A stretch of DNA of 64,000 nt from Saprolegnia diclina VS20 (Eukaryota), in contig NW_008246102.1 in NCBI RefSeq assembly GCF_000281045.1, forward strand, positions 240,992 through 304,991. Reading direction: 5' to 3'. A model generated the notes under the pieces. That model saw nothing but the letters and a program-made list of their open reading frames with translations. It was not told where the DNA came from and ran no database searches. This document shows positions 25,774 to 39,112 of the stretch, in pieces (positions within the stretch are counted from its first letter, which is position 1; the number at the start of each line of letters is the position of its first letter). The position numbers and the translations under genes are program-made.

Positions 25774-27477
25774 CTATCGAAACAATACCAATTCCATGCA
25801 ACACCAACATTTGAACGTATTTCCCGTCGGTATCGTCTGGACGTTGGTAGCAGTCGTAACAGAATCGCTTGGAGATCGTCCATTGTAGGGAATTTTGTAC
25901 TAGTACAATATTGTAGACGTCAACACAGTCGGTACGAGAAAAATAGTTCAATTTGGAGTTTGAAAAATTGTTACAAAAAGGAAAATATATCCTACCCTGT
26001 CGCTAATACCCTTATCGTCGTTCTCATCTTGGTCCAATTTCTTTGCTAAATCATCACGTAACACACCAGTGCTGTACTAGGATGGCTGCGGGCTGTCGAC
26101 GCTGTTTAACCCAACATCCAGCTCGGCCGAGCTCCACCTCACATCGTTGAACCAACAGAGCATGGGTACGACACAATGGGGTGGCACAGTCACCATCCTC
26201 ACCATGTACGACACGACGGTGGACGAGCAAGCACATGAGCCATCGGAAAGTTCAATACGAGCCCCAAGCTCGGGCCAGCTCGGTTCCCAACGGTGACGCC
26301 TCTCAACTAAAGAATTAGCGTATACGAGTACAAACCAATAGTAATTGTTGGTACTCGAACTGCTGCCACGCACTACATGTACTTTGCAACTTGATTTTTG
26401 TGTTTTTGGATGACTATGTACGAGAGTTCTCCATTTTACTGGTGAGCGAACAGCACGAATGAGTTGCAAGAGCAGTACGACGTCGCATCTCATTTGTAAA
26501 GGGCAACGAGCTTTTGGAGACCTTATCGTTGGTCCTCGGGGTCGATGACGGTGGCGATTGCTGGCCAACGAGGCAAGTAGCGTGCATGTAGTATCAACTT
26601 ATCGGCCTGTTTCTTCCTGTCGTTTGAAGTTTCATGGACAGGACGATATCATACCAATGACCTTAAAGTTGGTTTTGCGTATGCGACGAGTCGAGATGGT
26701 CCCAGAAAAAACACTCGACAAACAAACAGCGCACATGACAAACATTTTTAGGTGCATGCGAATGATTGATGTTCGCAAACAGACACCAAGTCAAGGCCAC
26801 GGCTACTAGTACCAGCGAGCACGGATCGGCCACGTACTGGCAGTTGCCAATATTGTCTTCTACTCGGTTGAAACGACTAAGGAGGAGTTCCGAGTAACCT
26901 GTGAGACGGGCAACAGCCAATCAGAGGCCAGGAAAAAAAAATGCATCCCGTCTCGTGCGCATGGTTGTCGGCCGACCTCGACGACCTCAGCTCGCACCAA
27001 TTCATCCCGTCTCGTGATTACGCGATTTGATTGGGCAAATCGTTGGATGGAGACACGGACCAAAAGTCGCCTTTGCAGTTGACATTTTCGATTGCAATGG
27101 CCACAAAACTCGAGCAACATGATGTCCACATGTAGGTTGGCTTAAGTGGAGCTCGCGCTCACTTTCTTGGTACTACAACAAGGCTTTTGCCGGCTTCCGT
27201 CAAGAAGCGACCAAATTGGTTGGCTAAAATTCCATTGAATATTAGCCAATCATAGCGCCGATGGTTTTTCGTCGTATTTTGCAAAAATCGTTCCGAGTAA
27301 AATGTGCCCGTCTCCCATCCGTCCCATATTTTTACTCGGAACTCCTCCTAAACTACGGTGCGATACGATCATCGCGCCAACCATTGGTCGGTTCAATATA
27401 CATCAACTTCATGCAGGATGCCACGTCATCGCAGCCTGAGCGTTGCCACCAGCCCACCGCGCACAATCATCCGCATG

Positions 27478-27493
27478 CCACTTTTCAATTTGC
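27478..27493 (+). promoter_or_regulatory. Oomycete INR+FPR core promoter element
   Basis: CCACTTTTCAATTTGC fits the YCAYTYY-N-CAWTTTNY consensus and ends 9 nt before the ATG at 27503. Confidence 0.75.
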
Positions 27494-27502
27494 ACCTCAA
27501 GC

Positions 27503-28663
27503 ATGACAACGTTTGCCGTGTCGAGCAAGGAGGTGACGGCGTACACTGGCGAGACGACCCGCGACGTGCCCGTGACGTCCCTACGAGAGTTTACGAAGGA
27601 GGGCTGCAATGATGTCCCGCAGTCGTCGCCCGTGACGTCGCCAACCGTGCACAGCAAGCGCGGTTTCGTCCAGGGCGTCATTCAAGCGTACAGCCAGCAC
27701 CACAACCTCGTGCTTCGCCCTGATGATGTCTGGCTCGCGATCATGATTCCGTTCAGCTTGCACATCAACGGCAATGCGCGATGGTTTCGCTCGTCGCTCG
27801 TCAAGCACCGCGGCAAGAAGAACCTCGCGATCAAAGGCGGCGGCGACGTGACGTCGGCCAGCACAGGTGGCCTCGCCAAGCTCATGGCCAATGAAATGAC
27901 CGCGCACCTCGTGAATCCAACGCTCAAGGACTGGGTACTCCCCGGCTTCTCAACGACGACGGACAACGACGTTGTCGTCGGCAGCGTTGTCTTTATGGCG
28001 GCGATGAAGAAGTATTTTGCCTACAAGTTCGAGCTCGGCTGTGGGATTCCGCTGGTTACGCTCCTCGGGACTGTCGACGATTGGCAAGACCTTCGAACCC
28101 GCAGCACCACGCTCGCGACGTTCGGCGGCTATGCATCGACGTGGTCTCGCATGCTGGCGCCGATTCTCGACCAGTTCGTCTCGGCCGCGAAAGGGCAGCC
28201 CGATGCGGTGTTCTGGGACCGGATTTGCCACCATATTGGCGGCGGGTCAGGTCCGAGCTATCTTAGTGGCTGGCTTAGTGTTTTCTGTGTCTTCAACGAG
28301 GAAGGGCAATGGCAAGGCGGTACAAAGTCGGTGACGCTCTACACCGGCAAGGTTGTTACGACGGACTTTCCGATCGTCGAGTCGCAAGACGTGCCGCCGG
28401 GCTACGTCACGGTCGACGTCACCATTAACGACAATGGGGTGCTGCGTGAAGGGCTCCTCTTTGCAGGCCACATGAGCTTCAGCGTCCAAAACGAAGCCAC
28501 GGCCATTGCTCCAGAGCTGAGCTGGGCGATTGCGCTCAAGAACGGAGAGCGCGACTGTAGCGACGACGATGGCGAATGGACAAGCGCTTCGGGATGGCTT
28601 TGGGCGAGCGCCGCAACTTTGATCGTCGTGATCACGTGGACCCTCAAGCAGTGCTTTCTCTAA
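27503..28663 (+). CDS. DUF4419-family protein with a C-terminal hydrophobic helix; intronless
   Basis: GFVQGVIQAYSQHHNLVLRPDDVWLAI, PGFSTTT, MKKYFAY..GCGIP.VTLLGT.DDW and GGSGPSYLSGWLSVF are typical DUF4419 motifs. Confidence 0.85.
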   Translation: MTTFAVSSKEVTAYTGETTRDVPVTSLREFTKEGCNDVPQSSPVTSPTVHSKRGFVQGVIQAYSQHHNLVLRPDDVWLAIMIPFSLHINGNARWFRSSLVKHRGKKNLAIKGGGDVTSASTGGLAKLMANEMTAHLVNPTLKDWVLPGFSTTTDNDVVVGSVVFMAAMKKYFAYKFELGCGIPLVTLLGTVDDWQDLRTRSTTLATFGGYASTWSRMLAPILDQFVSAAKGQPDAVFWDRICHHIGGGSGPSYLSGWLSVFCVFNEEGQWQGGTKSVTLYTGKVVTTDFPIVESQDVPPGYVTVDVTINDNGVLREGLLFAGHMSFSVQNEATAIAPELSWAIALKNGERDCSDDDGEWTSASGWLWASAATLIVVITWTLKQCFL

Positions 28664-29271
28664 TCCGAATGTCGATTGTTTCAACTATCAGTACAGCGCA
28701 GGGTAATCCTGGCTGGGATGGAGATGTTGACGTTGCACTCGCTGTGTCGATGCTGCCAACAGATCGCCGCCGTGCTCCAAGACTCGACAGAGTCATCAGC
28801 GTTGGCGCGTCTGGATTTGGAAGGCAACTACCTTGACGTCGCCAGCGTCAATGCTCTTATCCACGCCAATTCCTACCTCGTCGATACCACGGTCAACGTC
28901 ACGGCGCGCATCGACGCCGACACGTCAAGCTCCAAGCGTAAGCCCAATACGGTGTTCAGGTCATCTGTCAACACGAACATGGGTACCGTCCCAGCGACCA
29001 TTTGACATGTAGCCCTCGCCTATAAGCCACTACTAAGTGCATATCCATCACGCATGTCGGACGTTCTTGTGGCAGCTCGATCTTCTCTGCGTTGTCGACG
29101 ACAAGCGAACCCGCATGTGGCGACTAGGACGTGATCGGTGGTGAATGAGTCGCTTGGGGAATTCCTTCTGTGCTTGCCTCGCGTCTTGACGTTCTGGCTG
29201 CTGTGGGAGTCGCCGAATGCCACGCAGGCAACGCCAACGACAAAAGCCATGCAAAACGATATTATATAGAC

Positions 29272-32200
29272 TTAGCGCTCGAGTGGGGACTTGAGAAGCC
29301 ACGGCGCGGCCGGGTACAGCTCGCCAAAGAGCAGTGTGCAGAACGGTTTGTGGTCGGCTAAACTGTGCCGCGGGTCGGTGCTAAACGAAATGAGAAGCGC
29401 CACGAGCTCCTTCTTCTCGCTGCCGACGCTCTCGAGCACCTTTTGGAGCTGGCGCGTCGACTTGGAGATCTCCAGCGGCCCGTTGCTGTCGAGGCGCAGC
29501 GCCTTGCGGCTGTGCACGCGCACAAAGAGACTCAGCGCCAGCGCCGACGTGTGCAATGCCGTCGAAAACTTGGGTCTAAGTGGAACGTCAGCCTCGCGCA
29601 CTCACACGTTAAAGATGTGTCGTACTTGGCAAAGGCGTGCAGAAACGAAAAGCCGATCGCGCGCTGGAGCGTGTCAAGGCCGTTGCCCGCGTGTCTCGCT
29701 TCGCCCAGGCTCCAGAGGCTCTGGCTCACCTACGACCGCGTCAGACATTGAAGAACGCTGTCTGTCGTACCCGGGAGAGCATGTCTTGCTTAAAAGCCAT
29801 TGCCACCGACTCGAGCCGCAGGACAAGGCAAAACAGCGTCGTGCACAGAAAGAGCAGCGCTGGCTCCGCCTCTCTCGGCATGAGGTCGTCAACGCTGCAA
29901 GCGCGCTCGACGTACTCGACCAAGCGCGCACAGAGCTGCAGTTCGAGCGGCGGCTTCTCCTGCCACGGCGCCTTGGCGACCGCGGCGTCCTGTTGCAAGC
30001 AGTAGGCGACAAGCGGCAGAAACGTGTAGCGCTCCAAGCACGACGCGACAAACTCGACGGCGCTGAGCTCGGGGACTTTGACGCCGTCGACGACGATGGG
30101 CTGCCACGAGAGGCCCTTGGTCACGTATGACGCCAAGCTGCGTTCGCAGAGCGACGCCATCACATGCACTGACGCAACGGCCGCGCACGCCGCCTTGACG
30201 CTCTCGAGCTCGTGGAGGGTTGCCAGTGACAGCAGCATTGACGCCACGATAGCACCGACCGACGCCATAGGCGCCAAGACCTCGACATGCCCTTCCAGAA
30301 GCGGCACGGCGCTGGCTTCGCTTGGTCGCAGCTCGTCGCAGACCGTATGCAGCGCGTCGCCGAGCGCCATCCACGTGTGGGCGACAGCGAGTCGTTGCTG
30401 GAGCGCACCGTCGACGACCGGGACGTTGGCGATGCGAAAGACGTCGGCGTACAAACTCTGGAGGTGCTCGGGCTTGAAGATAGCTTCAAAGTCGGAGCGG
30501 TGGACGTGCAGAAGCGAGAGCACGTCGTAGACGACGACGGCAGCGGCGCTGGCCAACGACGCAACAACGGCAGCGTACACGTTGTGGTGGCCGACAGCGT
30601 CCCGCGCCAGCTTCCAGTCGGGCCCCGTCGGGTGCAGTAGCAGCGTTAGCAAGTGGAGGAGTGTCGACGCCTTCTTGAGCTCGTCGCCTTGGCGCTCGGC
30701 AAGGTCGAGGCCGCAGAGACTCAGGAGCAAGCGCAGTGCTGCAACGTACCGAGCATGAGCATCCGCAACCGCGTCCACGGGCCCACACAGCAGCGTTGGG
30801 TGCAGCAGCAGCGCCCGACAGCCGTTGGCGACGGCGTCGACTTCGGCGCTCTTGATGGGCCGCCCGAGCCGCCGCGGGTGACTCAAAAACGACGCAAATG
30901 ACCGCGGGAGCGTGTGGTCACGGTGGTGGACGGCCACGTGCATGAGCAGCAGGTGGTACTTGACAAAAAACGACGATTGAACGTGCCCTGGCTGCGCGTC
31001 GAGGTACGTGGACGGCCACGGCGACCGGCTCAGCATGTCGCGTAGTACGAGGAGCACGTGTAGTCGCAGCGGCGACTGAAACTTGATCGCGTACGCCGTC
31101 GCCATGCTGGCCGTCGAGACAGTCAAGCAGTCCTTCATCGTGTTGAGTGTCTCTTCGTGCAGCGCCCACTGGTCCCACGGCACGCGGCCGAGAAGAGGAA
31201 CGTACGCCTTGATGAGGCTGTCGGGCGCGTGCGGCCAGAGCACGTTGCACATGAGCGACCAGATGCAGTCGAGTTTGATCTGCATCGCCATCGTATCACG
31301 CTCAAGAAAAGACTGGAGACACGACCAGAGCGCGGACGCAACCGTCGCTGGCGTTGCATCGTCATTTGACGGCCACGGTGCCAGCGCCCGAACGGGTTCC
31401 GGCGCCGACGGCATGTACAGCACCTACGCATAAGGCCATTTACAATAGCAAGACAGCATCAAGTGTCGTACCTGCAGCATGGCTTCAAAGACCTTGGACG
31501 TAATCGACCACATCATCTCGGCCGTCGCTTGGGCGCGCACCCAGACAACGACAAGGTCCAGACACGGCTTGAGCACATGCGCAGCTTGCCACTGCGCGAG
31601 CTCGTATACATCTGCGCTCGCACTGAGGTTGTCGTCGCCGTGCTTTTTCCAGTCCTGCTGCGCGAGCAAGCGGTCGTGACCGGCACTGCGACGCGCCAGC
31701 ACATGGGACGTGACGCGCTCGACGAGCAGCTGCAGCGTCTCGAGGGGCAAGTCGGCCCAGAGCTCGTTTGGCACGTGCGCGACGGCCTGCCAGAGGCCAA
31801 CATCCAGCGGTTTGCTGATCGACATGGACAACGAGCTCTCAAAATACGTGCGCATGGCCTGCAGGTCCGGCGCGTAGTACTGGTCGTAGACGCCGAGGAG
31901 AGCGCAGAGCACCTTGTCCACGTGATCTTCGAGGAACAAGCTGCAGAGCGTGTGGAGCGTCTTGGCGTGCATGCGGTGGACCTCGGCGCTCGGCTGTCCG
32001 AGCACGAGCTCCGCAAGCACGATCGAGAGGAGCGTGTCTCGGTCAAAGACCGACGGCGACGCCTGCAGCCACTTGGCAATGTCAAAGCGCCGGAGCAGCT
32101 GGAGCCGGTCGTCGGTCGACAAGTCGGGCGTGTGGTACATGACGGTCGCAAAGTACTCGACGAAGCGCGTCGGCGTGTTGTTGGGGAAGAAGCAGTCGCT

Positions 32201-35200
32201 GAGCAGGACGACGCGCGCCGGGTCCTGCAGCATGAAGCGCAAGAGGCCACTCGTCTCTTCCTGGTCAACGCCAATGAACGCGACGCCGAGCGCCTGAATA
32301 GACCGCCAGAGCACCTCTTGGAATGGCGGGCACCGGCGCACGACCTTCGAGTCGAGATGCAGGAGGGCGTGGAACCAAGCGACACCCTGCGCCTGCCACG
32401 CCGCCGGGTCCGACGTCAAAAGCGCCACGACCGAGTCGATCAAAAGGATCTGAAAACAGATCTGAACGTCGAGCGCGCCGAGCTGCAGGTAGTTGCCGCG
32501 GTCGCCGACAACAGCAATCGGTGCCAAGAGCAGGCGCAGCGACGCAACGTTGAGCCGCGTCGCCTGCAGCTGGCACGTGGCCAAAACGTCAGCCGAGGCG
32601 TCGTCGAGGTGCCACTCAGTGTACTCGAGTCGGAGCGCGCTCGGCCGCTTGCACGGCGCGGGGTCCTTGCCCTTTCGACCGGCGCACGGCACCGACTTGG
32701 TCACGACCACGAGCTTGGGAACGTAGAGCTTGGCGAGCTTCTCGACAAAGTCCGTCTCGAGCGCCGTCAGCTGCGAAAGCACGTCCGTATACTGCATCGC
32801 CCGGTCGACAAACGGACCTGAAGCAAGTTCCAGCGGGAGCGGTCCGGGCGTCGTCGGGAGACACGGCGAGAACCGAAGGTATTTGAACCGCTTCATCGGC
32901 ATTGGCTCGGGCCAGACCACGGGCTTGAGCGACGGCGGCAGCGACACCGGGGACGCAACGGCCGACGACGTATTCGACGACGGAGACGACGTTACGGTCA
33001 CGGTTGGGAGGCAGAGATGCACCCACAGCAGCGGCGCCACGCGGTCGCAGAGCGCCTCGGACCGCGTTTCGATCGTGTCGGACGTGTGCAGCAGCACGTG
33101 GCTGAGTTGGAGCAGCTGCGTCGCGTGGCCAATGCAGTAGTGCGGCGGCAAGCTCTCCTTGTGCCCCATCCAAAGACCGACGTCCGTGTTTTCGAGCCAC
33201 GCGTCCATGGCCGAGTAGAGGCGTGCGAGCTCGCTGGCGTACGGCGACGGATGACTCACGACCTGCGCTGAAAAGTGCGCCGAGAGCTGGCGCAGCTTGG
33301 CTTGGAGCGACCGCCGGGGCAGCTGCTTGGCCTCGAGATCCCACACGTGATGTCCAAAGAACGTCGACCCGATCGAGGCAAAGTACAAGGCAAACCAGAG
33401 CTGCCACCACAGCACGAGCATCGGCGTCGTGTTGGGACACGCGAGCACAATCTGCGCGACGCGGAAGAGCCGCAGCGTCGAAAACGAGGCAAACTCGAGG
33501 TCTCGCTGGCCGTAGGCGCCGGGGTGCGCCGTCTCGACGCCGTAGACGTACAGCTCTGTGGCCAGCCGGCCTTTGGCTCGGAGGCTTTCGATCGCCTTGG
33601 CCTTTTGCTTGCCTGGCTCCTTCAAAATGACGTGCCCGAGCGCCTTGTAGAGCTCCTTTTCTCTCCGGACTTCGAGGAGGAGGGCGAGGTATGAGAAATG
33701 GAGGTCTGTGGCCGTCGCTCCGGAGAAGACCGACCAAACAGAGGCAGTTGGCGGTGGTACAAAGCTTCGGGCGCCCGGTAGCATGCAGAGGGCGTCGTAG
33801 TAGAGCGAGAAGGGCGCCTCGAGCGCCGACAGCATCGTTGGCGACGCCATCGCCAGCGCCACGATCGCGTCGACGACCGTTCGGTACGCTGGGCGCGTGT
33901 ACCACTCGGGAATCGTGAGCACCAAGACGAGCCAGTACTGCAAAATCGTTGGCGACTGGAGCACATGGTAGTGGCGACGGATGACCGCGCAGACGCCGTC
34001 AACGTCGGGCGTCGTCGTCGACGGCTCAGCGACCGGTTTTGGCTGCCACAACAACGTCTTCTTGAGCGTCTGAAGCGTCGCTACAGCGTAGTGCTTGGCC
34101 GTTGCGGCGTACGACGCTGGTACTTGGTCGCAGAGCGATGGCAGAAGCATCGGGTGCACACAGCAGCTCTGTTCGAGCGCCGTCTGCACGATGGCAATGA
34201 TCTCGTCGCGGTCGACGCTGCCCGTGTCGGCAAGGTACTGCACCACGAGCGGCAGGCGCGGGTCTAGCGCAAAGTACAAGTTGGTGTGCAGCATGGCCAC
34301 GATGCTGCGGAGGTCCTTGTTGAACGCCACGTAGTTTTTCAAAAACGACTGCACGTCGCTCGGCGAGAGCCGCGGCAGGTGCGGCAAAACGCACTCGACG
34401 ATCGCCAAGACCGCACTGCGCTCGCCGTGGTCAACGAGCAGCGACAGCAGCGGCGCGTACTTGTCGACCGCCGAGCTGTACAGGTACGTCGTCAGCTGGC
34501 ACAAGGCGTAGAGCACGATGGGCTCCATGTGCGCGATCGGGACGGCATCCGCGTCGACGCTCGTGCTGTCATCGGCGTCGCGCAACGGCGCTTCCGGCAC
34601 AGTCGCTCCATCGACATACGTGATGCACATGGCGGCAGCGACCGACGCAGCCTCGGTTTGGCCGAGCACGAGGTGGCTGCGTGGCAGGCCGTGCGTGAGT
34701 CGTCGCAGCAAAAGCGCTTCTTTCGACAGATCCGTGTCGAGCTCCATCAGCGGCAGCAGCGGAAGGTAGTCGGCCGTCGAGTAGAAGCGCAGCTGCTGCA
34801 TCAACTGCCACGCCCACGCCCGAAAGTCCATCGACCACGGCCATTGGCGCGCCGACGCGTAGAGCTGCACCGTGGCTTCGGCCAAGAGCAAACTCACAAA
34901 GCGGTGCACGAACGGGTCCAAGAAGAGTATATGGACCGTGTTGGGCGCGTCGCCCCAGTTGAGGCTCTCGAGAATCGACCGGGCGACGACGCTGCGGGCG
35001 TCCATGACGTTCTCTTGGAGCAGCCACGCTTGCAAAATGTGCAAGTCCGACAGCGTCGGCTGCCACAGTCGCAGCGGCAGCTTGGGGAAGAGCGCGAGAC
35101 CGCACTCGTACTGTGGCAAAAGCGCCAGCAGCTGCGAGTGCGCCACCGGGTGCGCGACGCAGACGACCCGAAGCGCGTCGACGTGCACGTCCAAGACACG

Positions 35201-37573
35201 CGTCACCTCAAACGACAGAAAGAGCTCGTGGACGATCGTCTGAACGAGCTCGCTCCATGGCGCCACGGCCGCGAGCGACGCCATGGCCCCGAGAAGGTAC
35301 TTGCCAGGACCTCTAAGCACGTGCTTGTGCAAGCGAGCGCGAAGACTCGGAACGTCGGCGAGCCAGCACTGAAAGGCCACGTACGAGGTGGCGCCGACGG
35401 ACGCCTGGCCAAAGAGGCCGCCGAGAACGTCCCACGACGCTGCCGGAGAAAGTGCGGCGTAGTGCCAGCTCGGGAGGCTGCGGTAGACGGCCACGTTGCG
35501 CGACTGGACGACGCCAAAGAGCGCAATCTGGAAAAGCTGGTCAAAGAGCGAGCCCGGGTGAGCACCAGCGGCCGCGAGGATGACGCCAAGACCGTCCGCG
35601 ACGTGCGCAACGAGCAAATCGTAGTCGGCAAAGCGCTCAAAGACGCTCGTGCACTCGTGGACGAGATACAAGAGATGCGCAAAGCACTGCGCGAGGTCGT
35701 CCGACGTCAAAATATGAGTCACCGCGCGCCCGAGCGGCAGTTGACTGCAAAGCGCCGTGTAGTCGGCGTCCCCGAGGAGCTGCGGGCGATCGTCTGCGAT
35801 TTCGGGTTCAAGCAGCAACCACTCGTCGACACTCGACGACCGGCGTTGCTTTCGAGGCGACATCTCCGTCTCATCGTGGGCGGTCACGACTTGCGGCGGC
35901 AGCTGCGTCGGGTGAAACAGCAGATGCCACAACGACAAGAACAGGTCGAGAATCTCGCGCGACCACGGAAGCGGCGGCAGCTGCAGAAAAGCCAGCGCCC
36001 AGCGCCGGTCGGACGCCAGCAGCGGCAAATGCAGCAAATGTGTGAGGAGGTACGGCAGCACCGGCGCGGGGTCTGTCGCGAGGAGCGTCGTCGCACACCG
36101 CCCGAGCCAGTGCTGGAGCGAAACCCGAACTTGAGCCACCGCGATCTTCCACTCGGGCGACGAGAGCGCGACAGTCGACCGGGGTAACACGAGCAGAGCT
36201 TCGCAACGAGCGCACGGGCCCGTGGCGAAAGTGCAGAGGCAGCCGCACGCGGGGCACTGCAGCTGCTTCGTATCGTCGTCTTCGACGATTGGCTGGCCGC
36301 GTCGGAGCGCAGATGGCACAACGCCCAGCAGCGGCGACTGCGCCCGCGTCACCTCCTTCTCCAGAAACCAGAGCACGTCCATAGCGTCCGTAATGGCGTC
36401 AACGGCGTCGGCGTCGAGGAGAAGACCGTCCAGATACTGTTCGACGCGCAGAAAGGCGAGCGCGCGATCGTACGTGTAGACGGCAGCTTCTGCCGACCGC
36501 AGCTGCCGGAGCGCCTGCCACTGCTTCAGAAGGGCGTCGCGCATGTCCAGGTCGAGACTCGCAGTGGGAAATTCGATCGTCTCGGTGAGCGTCTGCAGGT
36601 CGCCACAGAGCGCCGACGCCGACACCGAGTCAAACCCGGTCGTCCACACTACAACAACCTTTGAGTCGAGAACCAGATTTGGTTGAAGAATGGTACCAGT
36701 GTGCGTCTTCTCGGCAATCTCGGCTTCGATCGCCGCCACCGTGGACGACGCGACCCGCAGCGCGTACTCGCAGTAGAGATAGGCCTCGACGAGCCGGTAG
36801 AACGGCGTCGGTGCTTTCTCGAGCACTTGGAGTCGTTCGTCGTACGCTTGCACGTGTTCGTCTCGGAGCCGCAGGTTTGCTTCGTAGTTGTCGATGCGGC
36901 GCAGTGGCACACGAGGAACCTCGCGAAGCGGCACCATGGGCGGTGCTGGCAACTCCCGGACCTTGGCGACGCGGGGCGTGAACGTGATGGGCTTGAGCAT
37001 GCTTAGCGCGGGGTAGATTGGCGCCGAGATCTTGGCTGCGGGCGTGACGAGCAGGTCGTGGACGGTCGCGATCGATGCGTTGGCGGCAAGAGGTGCATAT
37101 TTGGTGGTGACATCGACTGGCGCTGCCGTCGTTGGGGCGAGCTCCAGCGGCGGCGCAGTCGTCTTTGCATCTTCTTCGTCCGTGGGCGCAGAGGGTGCCA
37201 GGTACGCGAGGCCATTCATGGGCGGGCTCTCGCCGTTGTTGGCGACCTGCGGCGCCGACGGGTTGAGGTCGAGTGCGGTCATCGTCGGCATCGGCGGCAT
37301 GCCCATCACGGGTAGCATTGGGCTTCCGAGCATGATCGCTTCCCAGTTGTCGAGTTGCGGGTCGTCTTCAAAGTCCGGAGCGCTCGGGCTCGAGCCGTCG
37401 TTAAAGTTGTCCAGGAGCAGCAGCTCTTCGGTCGAGAGGTGGATCTTGATGGGCTTCACCTGGACGTCCTCGGACGTCGACGCGCCGTTGCCGCGATGCG
37501 GTGCGCCGAGCGCGACCAGCGGCTGCGCCGGCTCTGCCCGCTTCGCCTTCTTCTTCCGCACGAGCGTTGCCAT
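29272..37573 (-). CDS. EPG5: EPG5-like autophagy protein (ectopic P granules protein 5); about 2700 aa, few introns
   Basis: Very long helical protein made of the 2049-aa ORF, the 560-aa ORF and a terminal exon. The basic start MATLVRKKKAK and segments RVEQYL, LPLRLWQP, LESLNWG, WWQLWFALY and LRRFDIAKWL resemble EPG5. Confidence 0.75.
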
Positions 37574-37903
37574 CGCCGTTTTCTATCTACTTGGACACTT
37601 GCGACACGACGCATTTAATCCAATTTCTTTTGTTATCTAGGATATTCTATGCAAACACGTGATTTGTATTGTATGATGGCCGGTCCGATCAACACTCTGC
37701 GCTTCTCGCCATCGACAGCATGGACAGCACCGGCGTAATTGTGGCTAAATGGCGAATTTATGGTTGGATGCCATTTATAGTTAGCTGTGGTAGAGTGCGT
37801 AATCTTGGCTTGGCGCCACATTTAGTGTGATTCCAATGCTCTGCGTGGTGATTGGTGCATCGAAATTGCCTTTTTAGCCAATCCAGGACGGTCAAGTGCG
37901 TCG

Positions 37904-39112
37904 ATGAGGCAGGTGCTGGTGCTTGGGAACGGCGCCGCCGGCGCAGAGAAGCAAGCGCTCGCTCTCGCCGCCAAGCTGCAAACGGCAATCCGCAGTCTCG
38001 ATGTATCGCAGCCTATTGGCGTCGCCATGGCGCGCGTGCCGTACACGAAGGCCTTTGTCCGAATCCCACCGGCAGCCCACGTCGCCGCCGCCAGCTTGTT
38101 CCAGCGCCATGGCCTGGGCTACGCGCCGCCACTACCAACGCAGCACGTACCCGACATCGTCGTAGGCTGTGGCCGCTCGACGGTTGCGCTCTGTGCCGGT
38201 CTCAAGCGCGCGCACCCGTCGCTCTTCAACATTCAGATCCAACACCCGCGGTAGGCGCCTCGCGGCCTTCTGTCTGCCCACTCGACTCGTTGTCGTAGCA
38301 TCGATATGGCGTACTTTGATGCTGTGCTCGCACCGCAGCACGACTTTGACGCTGGCGCCGTCTTACCGTCACATGTCTACGCGACACCAGGCACCATCAC
38401 CGACGTTGGTCCCGACGTTCTCGATGCGTGGGAGGGTACCGCGCCGTGGACGCAATGGCCTGGCGCTGCTGTTGCGCTGCTCGTCGGTGGCTCGTGCCGC
38501 GGCTACACTCTCTCAATCGGTATGCAAGCTCTATATCTGGGGCGTGTCTCAACGCGTCCAACAGACCGCGCCAAGGCTCTTGTCGCGCAGCTACAGGCGC
38601 AGTGGTCACCAACGACGTCCCTCTTTGCGACCTTCTCCAGACGCACACCATCGTCGGTATGCGAGTACCGATCTTTCGCGCATTGCTTGTAGAATGTAGG
38701 TCCAAGCGTATTTGCAGCAGGCGCTGCCGCTGGCGTTTCCCCAGCTCGTGCTCTACGACGGGAAGGGCGAGAACCCGTACGTTGGCTTTTTGAAACACGC
38801 CACCTACATTGTGACGACCCCCGACTCGGTGTCCATGACCACCGAAGCACTTTGCACCCAGAAGCCCGTCTATGTGTTTGATGCCGAACTGTGCACGGTC
38901 GGTTGCTGCGGATTTGAAAAGCCCTAACCCTTGTCATCGGTTAGGGTAAATTTCTCCGGTTCCACGGCGCGTTGCCGACGCAGACGTGGGGGGCGCCATT
39001 GAGTGCAGTGAAGCCGCCGCCATTCGAGTCTCTGCCTGCTGATGTGGTAGAAGCGATCGCACACCGTGTCCTTGAGCGATGGCAGACGCAAATGTGCGAT
39101 GTGACCCAATGA
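37904..39112 (+). CDS. Mitochondrial fission ELM1-like protein; multi-exon
   Basis: PDIVVGCGRST, IQIQHPR, FDAVLAPQHD, VALLVGG, TFSRRTP, ENPYVGFL, TPDSVSMTTEA..TQKPVYV and GKFLRFH. Confidence 0.9.

Noticed and set aside
28700..29005. LRR-like fragment LARLDLEGNYLDVASVNAL
   Set aside because: A single repeat with no supportable gene model; at most a remnant.
31463..36187. Long antisense ORFs (452 aa, 633 aa) over EPG5, and similar ones over the BTB, kinase and dynein genes
   Set aside because: Expected shadow ORFs from GC3-biased coding sequence; no recognisable motifs.
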